Part shown: in pieces, positions 13,300-27,119 of the stretch
How positions within the stretch are numbered: position 1 is the stretch's first letter
How the letters are laid out: each line of letters begins with the position of its first letter
Assembly (NCBI GenBank): GCA_951406725.2
Contig: OX597831.1
Coordinates: 78,492,001 to 78,556,000 of the forward strand
Direction of reading: 5' to 3'
Source of the DNA: Octopus vulgaris
Taxonomy: Eukaryota
DNA: 64,000 bases
Made by a program: the position numbers and the translations under genes
The notes under the pieces: generated by a model
Seen by the model: the letters and a program-made list of their open reading frames with translations, nothing else
What the model was told of the DNA's origin: nothing
Databases searched by the model: none

Positions 13300-13985
13300 G
13301 GAAGGGATGAAGGTGTTCTAGAAGAGGAGAAGAATGGTAAAGGAAACGGCAGAGGCACCAAAGATCAGTTGCTAATTGATAAGAGTCTAAGAAAGAAGGA
13401 AGACTAATCTGGCAATATCACGGATCGATTACTGTAATGGTCTAATCTTCCTTTCATGGACAAGCGAATTTTTAAATACATTTGGAATTGCAAAGAATAT
13501 AGATTTTCGGGGGAAAAGAATGAAAGAATGAGCTCAAACGAGAAGGCGTTGTAGAAGACGACCCTGCCAAACTTTTATGGGATCATGAAAATGAACATCG
13601 CAAACCAGATGTAATGGTGATTAGCAGAGCCAACAAACAGTGTTTGATTCTAGGTTAGACTTATCCAGCTGATAAGATTTTGTGTCAAAGAATTGAAGAT
13701 TGAAAGATATGAAATATTAGCATGCGAGATAAAAACATTTGTGGAAAATGATAAAAGTTGAGGTGATCCGAGTTGTTGTCAGGGTTCTTCGTACTGTGAG
13801 CATCAGGACTGAAAACTATTTTTTAAAAACCAGGGACAACATTAGTGTGGGTCACTTACAGAAAACAACACTCCTTGGAACTGCTAGAAGAGTTAGAAAA
13901 ATGCCTGACAATTAAAGAGGCCACCCCCATCCACTGCTTCTGGACGGCTGGCACCAATATTGCACCCACTAGTAAGAAATGATGT
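13300..13985 (+). pseudogene. Heavily decayed, internally deleted R4/Dong-type LINE
   Basis: GRGTKDQLLIDK (RT), then EGVVEDDPAKLLWD...RKPDVMVI and LQKTTLLGTARRVRK (RLE C-terminus); followed by (AAT)n. Confidence 0.75.
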
Positions 13986-14003
13986 GAAGCAAGCCGACTA
14001 ATG

Positions 14004-14108
<105 letters not shown>

Positions 14109-14201
14109 GTAACAATAGTAACAATAGTAATAATAATAATAATAATATTAATAATAATGATAATAATGATAATAATAATAATAATAATATTAATAATAAT
14201 G

Positions 14202-14235
<34 letters not shown>

Positions 14236-14242
14236 TAATAGT

Positions 14243-14281
<39 letters not shown>

Positions 14282-14351
14282 AATAATAATAATAATAATA
14301 ATAATGATAATAATAATAATAATAATGATAATAAAAATAATAATAATAATA

Positions 14352-14713
14352 AGTGGGGGAGCATCATAGCCATGTGTGGGGGAGCATCATAGCCATGTGA
14401 TGAGAGGGATTCTTTGGGGTTTGAATAATTCACCTCTGGAAACATGGGTGGTTCTTTCAACATCCTTAAACAACCCTTATTCAGGGACCTTTTGAGCGGG
14501 ATGTGCTACTCAACCCGAAGAAAATTTTAACTGGGCCCCACCTGCAAGGTCATGTGCTGTTTATCTTGATATGAGATCACCATGTCGCGCACATATGGTT
14601 GTGATGCATGTGCCTGGTGTACCTTTATCAGACGGGTAGTCATGATGGGTATATTGGGTTTCGTATATTTTACCCCAGTGTCACTTTGATGGCATGCACT
14701 GCTCTCTCACTCA
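14352..14713 (+). mobile_element. Family D, 5'-truncated copy in (AAT)n
   Basis: Homology to 2773-3295; 23-bp duplication gtgggggagcatcatagccatgt at the 5' junction. Confidence 0.8.
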
Positions 14714-14908
14714 TTAATAATAATAATAGTAACAATAGTAACAATAGTAATAATAATAATAATATTATTAATAATAATGATAATAATGATAATAATTATT
14801 ATTATTATTATTGTTGTTGTTGTTGTTGTTGTTGTTACTATTATTGTTATTATTATTATTATTATTATTATCATTATTATTAATATTATTATTATTATTA
14901 TTATTAAT

Positions 14909-15190
14909 TTTTTTCTTCTTTCAAATTTGCTTCCATTTCTTGCCGAGTGTCTTCCCGACTCCTAGGGCAAAGAAACTCATAGTATACATTGGTAGGCCAT
15001 CAAACCAAACTCAATTGTTCGTTCATTTAAAAAAATTTTTTTTAAGTTAAATTAAAATAAAAAAAAAAAATGAACGAACTATTGAGTTTGGTTTAATGGC
15101 CTACCAATGTATACTATGAGTTTCTTTGCCCTAGGGGTCGGGAAGACACTCGGCAAGAAATGGAAGCAAATTTGAAAGAAGAAAAAAAAG
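14909..15190. repeat. About 120-bp-arm inverted repeat (family E, probable LINE 3' tail)
   Basis: 14909-15028 is the reverse complement of 15068-15187 with 3 mismatches; A/T spacer. Confidence 0.9.
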
Positions 15191-15222
15191 TAATAATAAT
15201 AATAATAATATTAATAATAATG

Positions 15223-15298
<76 letters not shown>

Positions 15299-16058
15299 GG
15301 GATTTTTAATTGCAGCACAAGACCAAAGCCTCCCCACCAGAAATTACCAAAAACATGTAATGAAAAGAAATATTACAAGTAACTGCAGAATATGTGGAGA
15401 TGGACAAGAAACAATAAATCATATTATCTCTAGCTGCCCAGTCCTGGCTAAGAAGGAATATATTCACAGACATGACAGAGTTGGAACCTACATACATTGG
15501 AAGCTATGCCAACATTATGGAATAACAACAGAAAAAAGATGGTATAGGCACACACCAGAAAAGGTCACAGAAAACGAGAAAGCAACCATACTCTGGGATA
15601 TGCCGATACACACAGATAGAGAAATTAAGGCCAACAGACCAGATATAGTTGTCAGAGATCATGAAGAAAAAAAATGCTTTTTAATTGATGTATCAATACC
15701 GGCAGATGACAACGTGTCTCTAAAAGAAATGGAGAAACTCTCAAAATACAAAGACCTGGAAATAGAGGTAACTAGAATGTGGAATCTGAAAACAGAAACA
15801 ATTCCTATCATAGTAGGTGCATTAGGCATGATAAAAAAATATTCAGACAAATACATAACAAAAACACCAGGACTTACAAACACATATAACATACAGAAAA
15901 TTGCACTACTAGGCACTGCCCACATCCTACGCAGAACACTTTCCATACAATAACCATCAGAGCATCACAACAAATCACAGCACATACCCAAGGCACACAG
16001 AGCTGCGCTCGGTAGTGAAGTGAAAGCACGCTATAAAAATAAAAATAAAACTACTGAA
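15299..16058 (+). mobile_element. 5'-truncated R4/Dong-type LINE: CCHC knuckle plus restriction-like endonuclease, open frame to the stop at 15953
   Basis: AAQDQSL, CRICGDGQETINHIISSC, RHDRV, RPDIVV...IDVSIP...EKLSKYKDL, PIIVGALG; flanked by (AAT)n on both sides. Confidence 0.95.
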
Positions 16059-16084
16059 TAATAATAATAATAATAATAATAATG

Positions 16085-16369
16085 ATAGTCGAGAGATATG
16101 ACAGGTTAGCTTGGTAGGTTAAACAGTTGTGGTCGAGGAAAAAGGTGGTAGTAGTACCAATAACTGGGAACAGTGAGTAAAAATCTTGAGAATTACAAGG
16201 AACAAATAGGGACTGCAATAAAGGTGGAACACTTGCAGAAAACAGCACTGCTTGGAGCCGCTCGAATACTCCAGATGGTGCTCGAAAAATGAGAGGTGTT
16301 ACCTTAGTTCACTGGTAGTGAACAGCTGACACCGTAGTACATACCCAGCGTTTGGAGCTGTGCAAAGGC
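16085..16369 (+). mobile_element. Short 3' fragment of another R4/Dong-type LINE family
   Basis: ERYDRLAW*VKQLW...KVVVVPI and EHLQKTALLGAARIL, followed by a UTR and (AAT)n. Confidence 0.75.
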
Positions 16370-16385
16370 AATAATGATGATGATG

Positions 16386-16485
<100 letters not shown>

Positions 16486-16511
16486 TGATGATGATGATGA
16501 TGATAATAATA

Positions 16512-16974
16512 AAATATGAGCTACAGCAAATATTCTGCTCAATACCACAGATTTGCATGTCAGTTCTTTGACCTTAACCAGTTGAGCATGTCCCTTAGTT
16601 GCTAACGATATGTGCAGCTCTGATCACGAGCAGATGTAGTGGGGGGAGCATCATAGCCATGTGTTGAGAGGGATTCTTTGGGGTTTGAATAATTCACCTC
16701 TGGAAACATGGGTGTTTCATTCAACATCCTTAAACAACCCTTATTCAGGGACCTTTTGAGCGGGTTGGGTTACTCGACCAGAAGAAAATTCTAACTGGGC
16801 CCCACTTGCAAGGTCATGCACTGTTTATCTTGATATGAGATCATGTCGCGCATATATGGTTGTGATGCATGTGCCTAGTGTACCCTTATCAGACGGGTAG
16901 TCATGATGGGTATACTGGGCTTCGTATATTTTACTCCAGTGTCACTTTGATGGCATGCACTGCTCTCTCACTCA
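16512..16974 (+). mobile_element. Family D copy in (AAT)n
   Basis: Homology to 2773-3295 with the same 3' terminus. Confidence 0.8.
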
Positions 16975-16991
16975 ATAATAATAATAATAAT

Positions 16992-17345
16992 AAAGAATTT
17001 GGAGCATTTGAACAGTAAATGTGGTGCCTATAAAAATTGGCGCGTTGGGAACAGTAAGCCAAGATATGGACAAATGGCTGAAGAAGATTGGAATAGAATG
17101 CCCGGGAGAACTCCTACAGAAAGTTTGCCTTTTTGGGACAGCAAGGATTATCAGGAGGGCTCTAAGCACTTGAAAGACTGCTGAAAACTTGTGGATACCT
17201 AAAGTTACAGGTATAAGACCGAATAGTTCTTCATTGACCACAAGGGCCACGAAGAACATTTAACATAAAGCAAAGAGAAATGAGAGTGAAAAATTTACAT
17301 TAAAAAACAAAACGTTAGAAATTAAAGACTATAGCAAAAATAAAA
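16992..17345 (+). mobile_element. Short 3' fragment of a further R4/Dong-type LINE family
   Basis: VNVVPIKIGALGTVS...ELLQKVCLFGTARIIRRALST*, preceded by (AAT)n. Confidence 0.8.
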
Positions 17346-17496
17346 ATAAAAAAATCTACAATAAGGAAGAAAATGCTACCCAGGGGAAACCAAAGAACCC
17401 CCAAAAGTCCCGAAACCCAAAAGTTCCGGACCACCTTACTCACCAGGATACCAAGGCAAGTGCTTCTCTCTCTTCCTTATTTCTCAGCCTGCAAAT

Positions 17497-17640
17497 AATC
17501 CTTTCTCCAAAAGGCACAAGGCCTGAAATATTAGGGGAGGGTTAAGTCGGTTTAATCGATCCTAGTGTTGCACTGGTACTTATTTTATCGGCCCCGGAGG
17601 GACGAAAGGCAAAGTCGACTTGTGCGAAATTTGAACTCAG
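17497..17640 (-). mobile_element. SINE A partial copy
   Basis: aggcacaaggcctgaaat...gaaaggcaaagtcgac...atttgaactcag. Confidence 0.75.
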
Positions 17641-18168
17641 CCTACATATAACAAAAATAATAATAAGTCTGATGAAACAGGGGTGGCTACAGCTGGAATG
17701 CCTTTGATCGTAGGTCTACCCGATCACAGGTACTCGCCACCACCACAACCACCACCACCAACAACAACAAGAACAACAACAGCAACAATAAGAACAACAA
17801 GCCAAAGTGTGAATTATTGAAAACCTGAAAATGGAGAAGGCCTTTGGCTGACACATTCCACCGCTGACGGACCATTTGTGAGACGTCATCAAAAGAGACA
17901 GCGAAAGCAAGAGTTAACGTAGTTTGGGGATCAAATCGCAGACTCAGACACAAACATGTTGTTGATAATTAGATGTCTCTTATGTGAGAGACGCAATTGA
18001 CATTTTCCGTACAATAATATCCATTTGCTATAATCTCGCGTTGGTATGTATGTATGTATGTATGTATGTATGTATGTATGTATGTATGTATGTATGTATG
18101 TATGTATGTATGTATGTATGTATGTTTGTCTGTATGTATATATATATATATGTATGTATGTATCTATG

Positions 18169-18213
<45 letters not shown>

Positions 18214-18313
18214 GCGCATATATTTGTATGTATATATATATACATAAAAACATACATACATGTATATATATACATACATTCATACATATATATATATATG
18301 TAGATATATATAA

Positions 18314-18377
<64 letters not shown>

Positions 18378-18744
18378 ATGTGCATACAGGCATATATATG
18401 TATGTATATGTATGTATATAAGTATATATATATATGTATATATATATACATATATATATATGTACGTGTGTGCGTGTGTACAGAGAGAGAGAGAGAGAGA
18501 GAGTAAAAGTGAGGTAGAGATACAGATACAGAGATAGAGAATAAATGTAGAGAAGGAGAGATACTCATATAGACATGTGGGTGGTAGAGTGTGTTTAGGG
18601 GTAGCTATGTGGTCATACTTGTCATTGGAATTGTTGCAGGGGAGTCTGCTGATGATTAGAGCCGTGGAGGCGCAGACGACCACGGAGGGGTAGAGCCCAT
18701 TTGTTAAATGTTAAACGTTATCTTATATGTACATATATATATAC

Positions 18745-18800
<56 letters not shown>

Positions 18801-18801
18801 G

Positions 18802-18856
<55 letters not shown>

Positions 18857-18928
18857 GTGAGTGTATGTATATGTACATGTATATATATATGTATGTATAT
18901 GCATATACATACATAGATATAGACAGAC

Positions 18929-18971
<43 letters not shown>

Positions 18972-19389
18972 GCGAACATGTACTCACGGTTCTGATTAAA
19001 AGCTTTAATCTACTTGCAAAATGATTGTTCTATAGTGTAATTGCCCCTGGAGATGAACAACAAAGAAAGTATTTTACTACAGAATAAACAGATAACCCGA
19101 GACCGGTTGATAACAGTACAAATGCCAATGTTATTCCCACCTTTTTGTCTCGAATACAGCAACAACGCCTTCAGCCATGTTTTCGACCAAAGTTTTTTTC
19201 CAGTTGTCTTTAGCTATCTTCTGTTCCGGAACATATAGTATCTTCTCTGTTTGATCTGAAACTGAAGACCCCTTTCATTACTATTTTACTTGGGTGAGCA
19301 CCCTCGTAGCCATTCGATGCTTAAAATCTTGTTTTACAGATATTTCTTTCAAATTTTCCAATTTTGTTTTTCACGAACGGTGTAAAACC

Positions 19390-19561
19390 CAGCTGTTTCT
19401 GGCAATAATCACATCCAAAGCTAAATTTTTTTCACGGGCCCTTAAAATAATACAATGGATTCCATTTACTATTTTGCTTGCGTGGACCCCTCACAAAAAA
19501 AAAAAAAAAAAAAATTACATAGGCCACCAGAGGTCATATAGATCGCGTTTGAGAACCGCTG
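19390..19561. mobile_element. Possible hAT-type MITE remnant
   Basis: Ends cagctgtttct / gagaaccgctg resemble CAG..GTT hAT TIRs; no matching 8-bp TSD seen. Confidence 0.3.
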
Positions 19562-21044
19562 GGCTATAGACTTCCGATCTGGAAATAATTTTGGCTGTTT
19601 ACCCAATATCATTTGTTCTTCTGTAGTTTTTCATACATTTTACTCGGTGAAGAGGGCAATTGTGGATGTTCAAATGAAAAGGCAAGGTCTTCTTCAAAAT
19701 GTCCAGGTATGTTTTAAAGCAGTTGCCTCAAACCTTCTGGACTCACGGACCGGTTTTCACACAAGACAATTTTTTCTTGGACATTTTACTTCAGGAATTC
19801 ATATGTTTCCGTAAAGTTTGTAAGAGATACGAGAGAAAGAAAATGAAATTCAGGACCTTCTTTATTATTCCGCAGAATACTTTTGACCCGTCCTGCACCT
19901 GAGCCTCGACGATGAGATGCTACCAATAGCTGTGGTACATCATAGGTGTAGATGTGTCTCGTCAGGTGATGCTTTTTTAAACCTCTGCTTCGCTTATTTC
20001 GATTAGAATACATTTTGGTTGTTATAGTGTATTACTCGTCCATGTATTACGTCATTGTTCAGTTTTATTTCAAAACTTCTTACCAATAGAGAACGAACCG
20101 GTTTCTAACCCAGATTCCAGGCTGCTTCACGGGAATTTCAACATCAACGACAGGGAACTTTTGTTTGTATGTATGTATGTATGTATGTATGTATGTATGT
20201 ATGTATGTATGTATGTATGTGTGTATGTATGCATGTATGTATGTATGTATGTATGTATGTAAGTATGTATGCATGCATGCATGTATGTATGTATATGTGC
20301 AGATTTATATGTTTTGTTTTATGTATGTATTCTCATGCATATAGTTGTATATCTAGACATGCTCATATATATTTAAATGATAAACTTCTGGAAAGTTTTA
20401 CAGATTTTTACAGTTCCAGTGATGGATTGGATCTGTAGTCTTCGAATCAGCTTTCTCGTTTCTGGTTTTGAGAAGCTTAACTTCTCAAGATTGGTAAGTA
20501 TGTATATATGTATGAATGTATGTATATATGTATGTATGTGATGTGTGCATGTATATATGTGTCTGTATTTGTAGGTGTGTGTATGTATATATGTATGTGT
20601 GATGTGTTCATGTACGTATGTGTGTGTATGTGTGTAGGTACGTATGTATGTGTATGTGTGCATGTTTTACCTACACACGCAGGCAAACACACATATATAA
20701 TCTCTGCGTAAGCAGGTGTGTGTGTATGACTATGTGTTTGTGTGTGTGTTTGCGTGAGCGTAGCGTGTTTGTGTGTGCATATGTGTGTGTGTGAGAGTGT
20801 GTGTGCGCGCGAACGCGCGTTTAGTGCTGAAGAACTGTGACATAATCCCGTAAAGCTGGCAGTACACCACCGATAGCCGCAACTCGTATGTATTTTCATT
20901 GCATATCTGTATGCGTGTGCGATTGTATGGGCTTGCGTGGATGTGTGTTTGTATACATATTTATACACACATACGCACACACACACACACACACATACAC
21001 ACACACATATATTACACATATATGCATGGCAGTATATATATTTA

Positions 21045-21082
<38 letters not shown>

Positions 21083-21090
21083 CATAAATA

Positions 21091-21136
<46 letters not shown>

Positions 21137-21837
21137 TGCCTGTTTATCATGTATTTATGGGTTTACAATAACATAGATATACAGTTATGTTTATAGGGAT
21201 TTGTTTTTCTCAGATTTCAGTTTGTTTCTTTTTCTTTTTCTTTTTCTTTTCCCGCCATTTTTCTTACCGTTTTCCAGACGCCATTTTGTGTTACATCAGA
21301 AATTGTTTTCTTTTTTTTATTCCCGTCTATTGTTAGATCGACTTCTTTGGCACCTCGTTAGTGGAAGCAGCTTTGCTTTGCTACAAATAAAAGGTCAATA
21401 ATGAGGACAATGTTCTTTTCTTATTTTTGTTATTCGTTTCTTTTTGGGTTTTTTTGAAGTGTAATTTGGTAAGATGGTATATTGGTGATCACAGCGCTGA
21501 TAGTGGCAAAGGCGACGGCAGTGGTGGTGAATGTGACGGCGGTGGTGGTAATGATAATGGTGGGGGTTGAAGTGGTGATGGTGGTGGCTGCAGTGGTGCT
21601 GGTGGTCGTGTTGCTGATGGTTGTGGTAGTGGCGATGGTATTGGTCCCAGTAATGATAGCGGTGATGGTAATGTTGGTGCTGGTAGTGGTGGCGGTGATA
21701 GCGGTGGTTTTGGTGTTGATAGTGGCATTGACTCTGGTGATGATGGTAGTAGTGATAGTGGTGGTGTTGGGGGGGTAGTAGTAGTGGTATTGGTGTTAGG
21801 GTGGTGGTGGTGGTGGTGGTGATGATGGCGGTGGTAA

Positions 21838-22233
21838 TCTTTTCTACTCTAGGCACAAGGCCCGAAATTTTTTAGGGGGTATCAGTCGATTAGATCGACC
21901 CCAGTATGCAACTGGTAATTAATTTATCAGGCCCGAAATGTTGAAAGGCAAAGTCGACCTCGGCAGAATTTGAACTCAAAATGTAAAGACAGACAAAATA
22001 CCTATTTCTTTACTACCCACAAGGGGCTAAACACAGAGAGAAAAAACAAGGACAGACAGACAGATTAAGTAGATTATACCGACCCCAGTGCGTAACTGGT
22101 ACTTATTTAATCGACTCCGAAAGGTTGAAAGGCAAAGTCGACCTCGGCGGAATTTGAACTCAGAATGTAGCGGCAGACGAAATACGGCTACGCATTTCGC
22201 CCGGCGTGCTAACGTTTCTGCCAGCTCGCCGCC
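21838..22233 (-). mobile_element. Two tandem SINE A copies (long-tail copy 22001-22233)
   Basis: Full head ...tctgccagctcgccgcc at 22233, plus core and tail. Confidence 0.9.
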
Positions 22234-22419
22234 TCAATGGCGGTGGAATTGGTAGCAGTTGTAACCTCGTTGTTTCTGCCATACTTTTCATAAACCTTTC
22301 GCTTCAGCTTTTTTCTGTTTTATAGACAACAACCTGTGCGTATCCATGTCGTTCGCATCATTAGGAAGTCGAGGTTTGAGACCATGGTTCTGCCTTTTTA
22401 TATGTTTATTAAAAGGGGA

Positions 22420-22753
22420 ACGGCAGTGGCAAGACTGGTGAGACAGAATGGATCTAATCTGTGAATGTTTTTCTAAGAAGGACAAAAGAAACTGGAAGAA
22501 GGTGCTTCCCATGGCTTGAACATGGTAGACTAATAACAGGATTTTTTTGTGGGGGTTTTAATCTAATTATTCTTTGGTGGACTGTTCCGCTTTTAGGAAG
22601 TATATTTAGCTATTTATATTTCTTCGAATTCTAATTTTCTATCTTTCGTCTTATGTTGTAACGTTTCCATTTTGATCGAGGTAAACCACACTTGTTCGCG
22701 TATTGTATTTCGTATTTGATGTTGTCCTCAAAGCCTTGTGGCTAATTAAAGAA

Positions 22754-22755
<2 letters not shown>
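22420..22755 (+). mobile_element. Probable 3' end of a Tx1-related LINE with an (ATT)n tail
   Basis: Ends gccttgtggctaattaaagaaa(tta)n, like the Tx1 termini at 26046 and 32777. Confidence 0.45.
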
Positions 22756-22806
<51 letters not shown>

Positions 22807-22807
<1 letters not shown>

Positions 22808-22926
22808 GAGTGAGAGAGCAGTTCATGCCATCAAAGTGACACTGGGGTAAAATATACGAAGCCCAATATACCCATCATGACTACCCGTCTGATAAAGGTA
22901 CACCAGGCACATGCATCACAACCATA
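22807..22926 (-). mobile_element. Family D, strongly 5'-truncated copy in (AAT)n
   Basis: Same terminus tgagtgagagagcag as 2773. Confidence 0.8.
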
Positions 22927-22968
22927 TTATTATTATTATTATTATTATTATTATCATTATTATTATTA

Positions 22969-23035
<67 letters not shown>

Positions 23036-23058
23036 TATTATCATTATTATTATTATTA

Positions 23059-23140
<82 letters not shown>

Positions 23141-23166
23141 TATTATCATTATTATTATTATTATTA

Positions 23167-23251
<85 letters not shown>

Positions 23252-23274
23252 TATTATCATTATTATTATTATTA

Positions 23275-23305
<31 letters not shown>

Positions 23306-23339
23306 CATGATTATTATTATTATGATGATGATTACTTAA

Positions 23340-23552
23340 GGCGGCGAGCTGGCAGAGTCGTTTGCACGCCGGGCGAAATACTTCGCGACATTTCATCCGC
23401 CTTCACTTTCTGAGTTCAAATTCCGCCGGGCTAGACTTCGCCTTTCATTCTTTCAGGGTCAACAAATCAGAGTACTAATCGAGTATTGCGGTCGATTAAA
23501 CTGAGCTGCCCCGCTTCCCTTAAATTTACTGGTTTTGTGCCAAAATTAGAAT
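23340..23552 (+). mobile_element. SINE A copy
   Basis: ggcggcgagctggcagagtcg head, B box and core. Confidence 0.85.
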
Positions 23553-23629
23553 GTATATTCTTCAAAATGACCCTGAATAAGGGTTGTTTAAGAATGTTGA
23601 ACGAAACACCCACCTTTCCAGACGTGATG

Positions 23630-24349
23630 TACAAAAGCATTTGCATGCTTCCAGTAATCTCCTATATCAGTACAAATCCGTTTTATCCTCAAAAGTTGGG
23701 ATTTCGGATTTGACCGAATAATATGATGTGGATGATCGGAGGTAAATGTGGGGTGACGTGTGCTTCCAAAATAACTCTGTCACTATTCAGCCTCCAGAAA
23801 GCTTAACTTTTGTGTCCAAATATTCAACGCTAGTTTTTGAAAAACTAGACGTAAATTTTATGTTAGACTTAAAGCCATAGCTTTTAGCATAACAGTCACA
23901 GAAATGCAAGAAGTCAATTAAACTATCCTGTGATTCTTCCCAGACAAAAAAGACGTCATCAATGAACCGTAATCAGAGTATTGGCTCATGACCGTGAAGG
24001 GATTTGAATGTCTTCAGTAACTGTATCTCGAATTTCGTCATAAAAACTGTGGTATTCATGGTGAAACCCCTGGTCTGGTAGTAAAATATTTGGCCAATCT
24101 TCATTTTGTTACTTTGTAACACAAGCCTCAGTAACCTACAGAGAAACTTTGATGGAATACATTTGTTTAACCAATTTCCGAAGGCATCCATGCATGCCTC
24201 TACCCTTCATCGTGGTCAATATTGGGATATAAAGAAGAAACATCCATGGTTACCAAAATACAGTTCTCGACACGGCCTCGGTGCTTAAAAATGCTGTTGA
24301 ATTTAGATACAAAATCAAAAATATCCCGGATATAGGAACTTGATCTTAC

Positions 24350-24350
<1 letters not shown>
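23630..24350 (-). pseudogene. Penelope-like element (PLE) reverse transcriptase relic
   Basis: SYIRD, ILVTMDVSSLYPNIDHDEG, LRFIDDVFFVW, IKFTSSFSKTSVEYLDTKV and PKSQLLRIKRICT, with stops and frameshifts; typical PLE RT and thumb motifs. Confidence 0.85.
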
Positions 24351-24380
<30 letters not shown>

Positions 24381-24416
24381 CTTCTTCTTCTTCTTCTTCT
24401 TCTTCTTCTTCTTCTT

Positions 24417-24483
<67 letters not shown>

Positions 24484-24509
24484 GTAGTAGTAGTAGTAGT
24501 AGTAGTAGT

Positions 24510-24541
<32 letters not shown>

Positions 24542-24633
24542 TAGTAGAATCATCATCATCATCGTTATTATTGATGCTGTTCTTTGACAAAGATGGTAGT
24601 TCATAATTGCTTCCATTTTTTCTATACATATAC

Positions 24634-24701
<68 letters not shown>

Positions 24702-24954
24702 TTTTGTTTTGTTACCATCACCTTACTCTAGCATGCCCTACATTACATCTGTCTTCACGTTTCTTCATACTCTGTTGCAGTAGATCTGCGCTGCATTTTT
24801 CTCTCCCTACATTTTTTGCACCTAACAGCCCCTCCCCTACCCCCTACACGCACTTCACTCCCTCTTTTCTTCCAATCACGATATTATCTCTTACATGTTA
24901 GCAAGCTTGTCACTATTTCATTAATCACCACCTACATACATACATAAACACACA

Positions 24955-24998
<44 letters not shown>

Positions 24999-25227
24999 TA
25001 ATAAACATACATATATATATATACGTATATATATATATATATATATACAAACACATACATATATATGTATGTATATATATGTATATATATATGTATATAT
25101 ATATACGCAAACACATGCTTATATATGCATACATGTATACATATATACATGTATGTATATATATATGTATGTGTGTATATATATATGTATATGTATGTGT
25201 GTGTATATATATATGTATGTATATATC

Positions 25228-25305
<78 letters not shown>

Positions 25306-25946
25306 TATCACTTGCTTAGTGTTGTCTGCTTTTCTCTCTTGCTTTTTTTTTTGTTTTCGTCCTTTTTTTGTTTTGTTTTTTCCTTTTCTACAGTTTGTAT
25401 GTCTACGTGTCTTCCTTCCTCCATATTAATTCTATTCTGAATATATTTTTTATGCAAGAGAAACTTTCTCGGTTCTTCGTAAAAATACCAAAACATATAT
25501 GAAGAAGAACACGACCAAACGAAAAGAAAAAAAAATAACCAAAAACTATTCCATAAGCTAAACATAAGTAAAAAAAAAAACCCGAAAAGATCAATACTCT
25601 GATATTTGCTAATTTGTTAGCTTCTAGATACGATTTTTCACCTGGATAACTTCCGCCATGTTTGGCGTGTTGTTATCGCTCGTGTTATTGTTATTGTTAA
25701 TAAATATTTTTTTAAAGAAATGATATTTGCATTGTTTTAATAAAGCATTGATTAGTAAAAGCGTAACATGTATGTGTGTACGTATGTGTATGTCTATATG
25801 GACTTACATACACACACACATATATATATGCATGTACATGTATACATATGTATGCGAAAGAATGTATAAATATGTGTGTGTGAGAGAGAGCGAGATGTAT
25901 ATGTATTATGTATCTATACATTTATATTTATGTATATGTGTGTCTG

Positions 25947-25986
<40 letters not shown>

Positions 25987-26045
25987 ATATATATATATAT
26001 ATGGGGGGTAAAGAAAGATAGATAGATTGATAGATAGATAGATAT

Positions 26046-26879
26046 GTTTCTTTATTAGCCACACAGGGCTGCAAACAGACGGAACAGATTACAAAGTAGA
26101 GCTTTTCTTTTTGGGGGAGAGAAAAAATATAAAGCTGGGGTAGGTTTTCGATCAAAAGGTAACATAAAAGGGAAGGCAGAAAGAAGATAAAAAAGAAAAG
26201 AAAAGAAGAGAAACAAAAAAGGGGAAAAAAAGAAAAAATGAAAAAAAAAGATCAATAGGGATCGTGTATCACAGTATCATGATGTAAGGTGTAAAGGGGA
26301 AGCAGATAAGGTGTATCCGTGGGAAGAAAAGCCTACAGAAAAGACCACGGTAACCTCGGTCAATATTGTTACATGTTACCACGTTTGTTTGCAAGTAGGT
26401 AACCCTCTGTTTTAAATTTCCGGGTTCATAGGATCATGCTCAAGGTGGCTTCGTCATTCATACGTGCCACCCTTGCTACATTCACCCATCATTTTTTAAA
26501 ACATTCGCTAGACAAAACTTGCCTCTCTACTCTCACTTTCCTTTTCAAGTGATACTTGAAAAAGTTGATGAGAGATTGACCAGAGAGGAAACTGTTTGTC
26601 TCCAATTCTTTCAGACGCGTCCACCAGATACATTCTTTCGCCATAGCCACAAGGATGATGAAAATAGCTCTTCCTTCTCGTTTGAAGGAAGGAGGCGTGA
26701 CAATATTGACGATAGACTCGGCTGATAAACCGACTCGTCCATCACGTGACAGCAGTCGTTCGACATAAGCCCACAGGTCGGAAATTGTTGGACACTGCAC
26801 GATTGCGTGCAGAACGGTTTCGTCGCTCTGACTGCATTTCGGGCACGTCGGCCCCATGTTTCTCGAGCCGAGTCTGTAG

Positions 26880-26880
<1 letters not shown>
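26046..26880 (-). mobile_element. 5'-truncated Tx1-clade LINE (CCHC domain plus 3' UTR) within (TATC)n
   Basis: [18 protein letters not shown]...FFKYHLKRK, homologous to 32010-32777; GATA arrays on both sides. Confidence 0.9.
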
Positions 26881-26942
<62 letters not shown>

Positions 26943-27019
26943 GAGTTAGAGAGATAGATAAATAGACGGATGGATCGACGGACAGACAGAGAGACAGATA
27001 AACAGATATACAGACGGAC

Positions 27020-27119
<100 letters not shown>

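Noticed and set aside
19100-19720. Possible Tc1 transposase relic on the minus strand (KTYLDILKKTL...)
   Set aside because: Too decayed to show catalytic motifs convincingly by eye.
19895-19968. Minus-strand cac-CTGACGA-gac...gtc-GAGG hammerhead candidate
   Set aside because: GAAA is replaced and there is no valid NUH before the stem I partner; at best a dead relic.
20085-20140. Minus-strand GAAA-ccgg-TT preceded by a hairpin
   Set aside because: No CTGANGA core and no convincing stem I.
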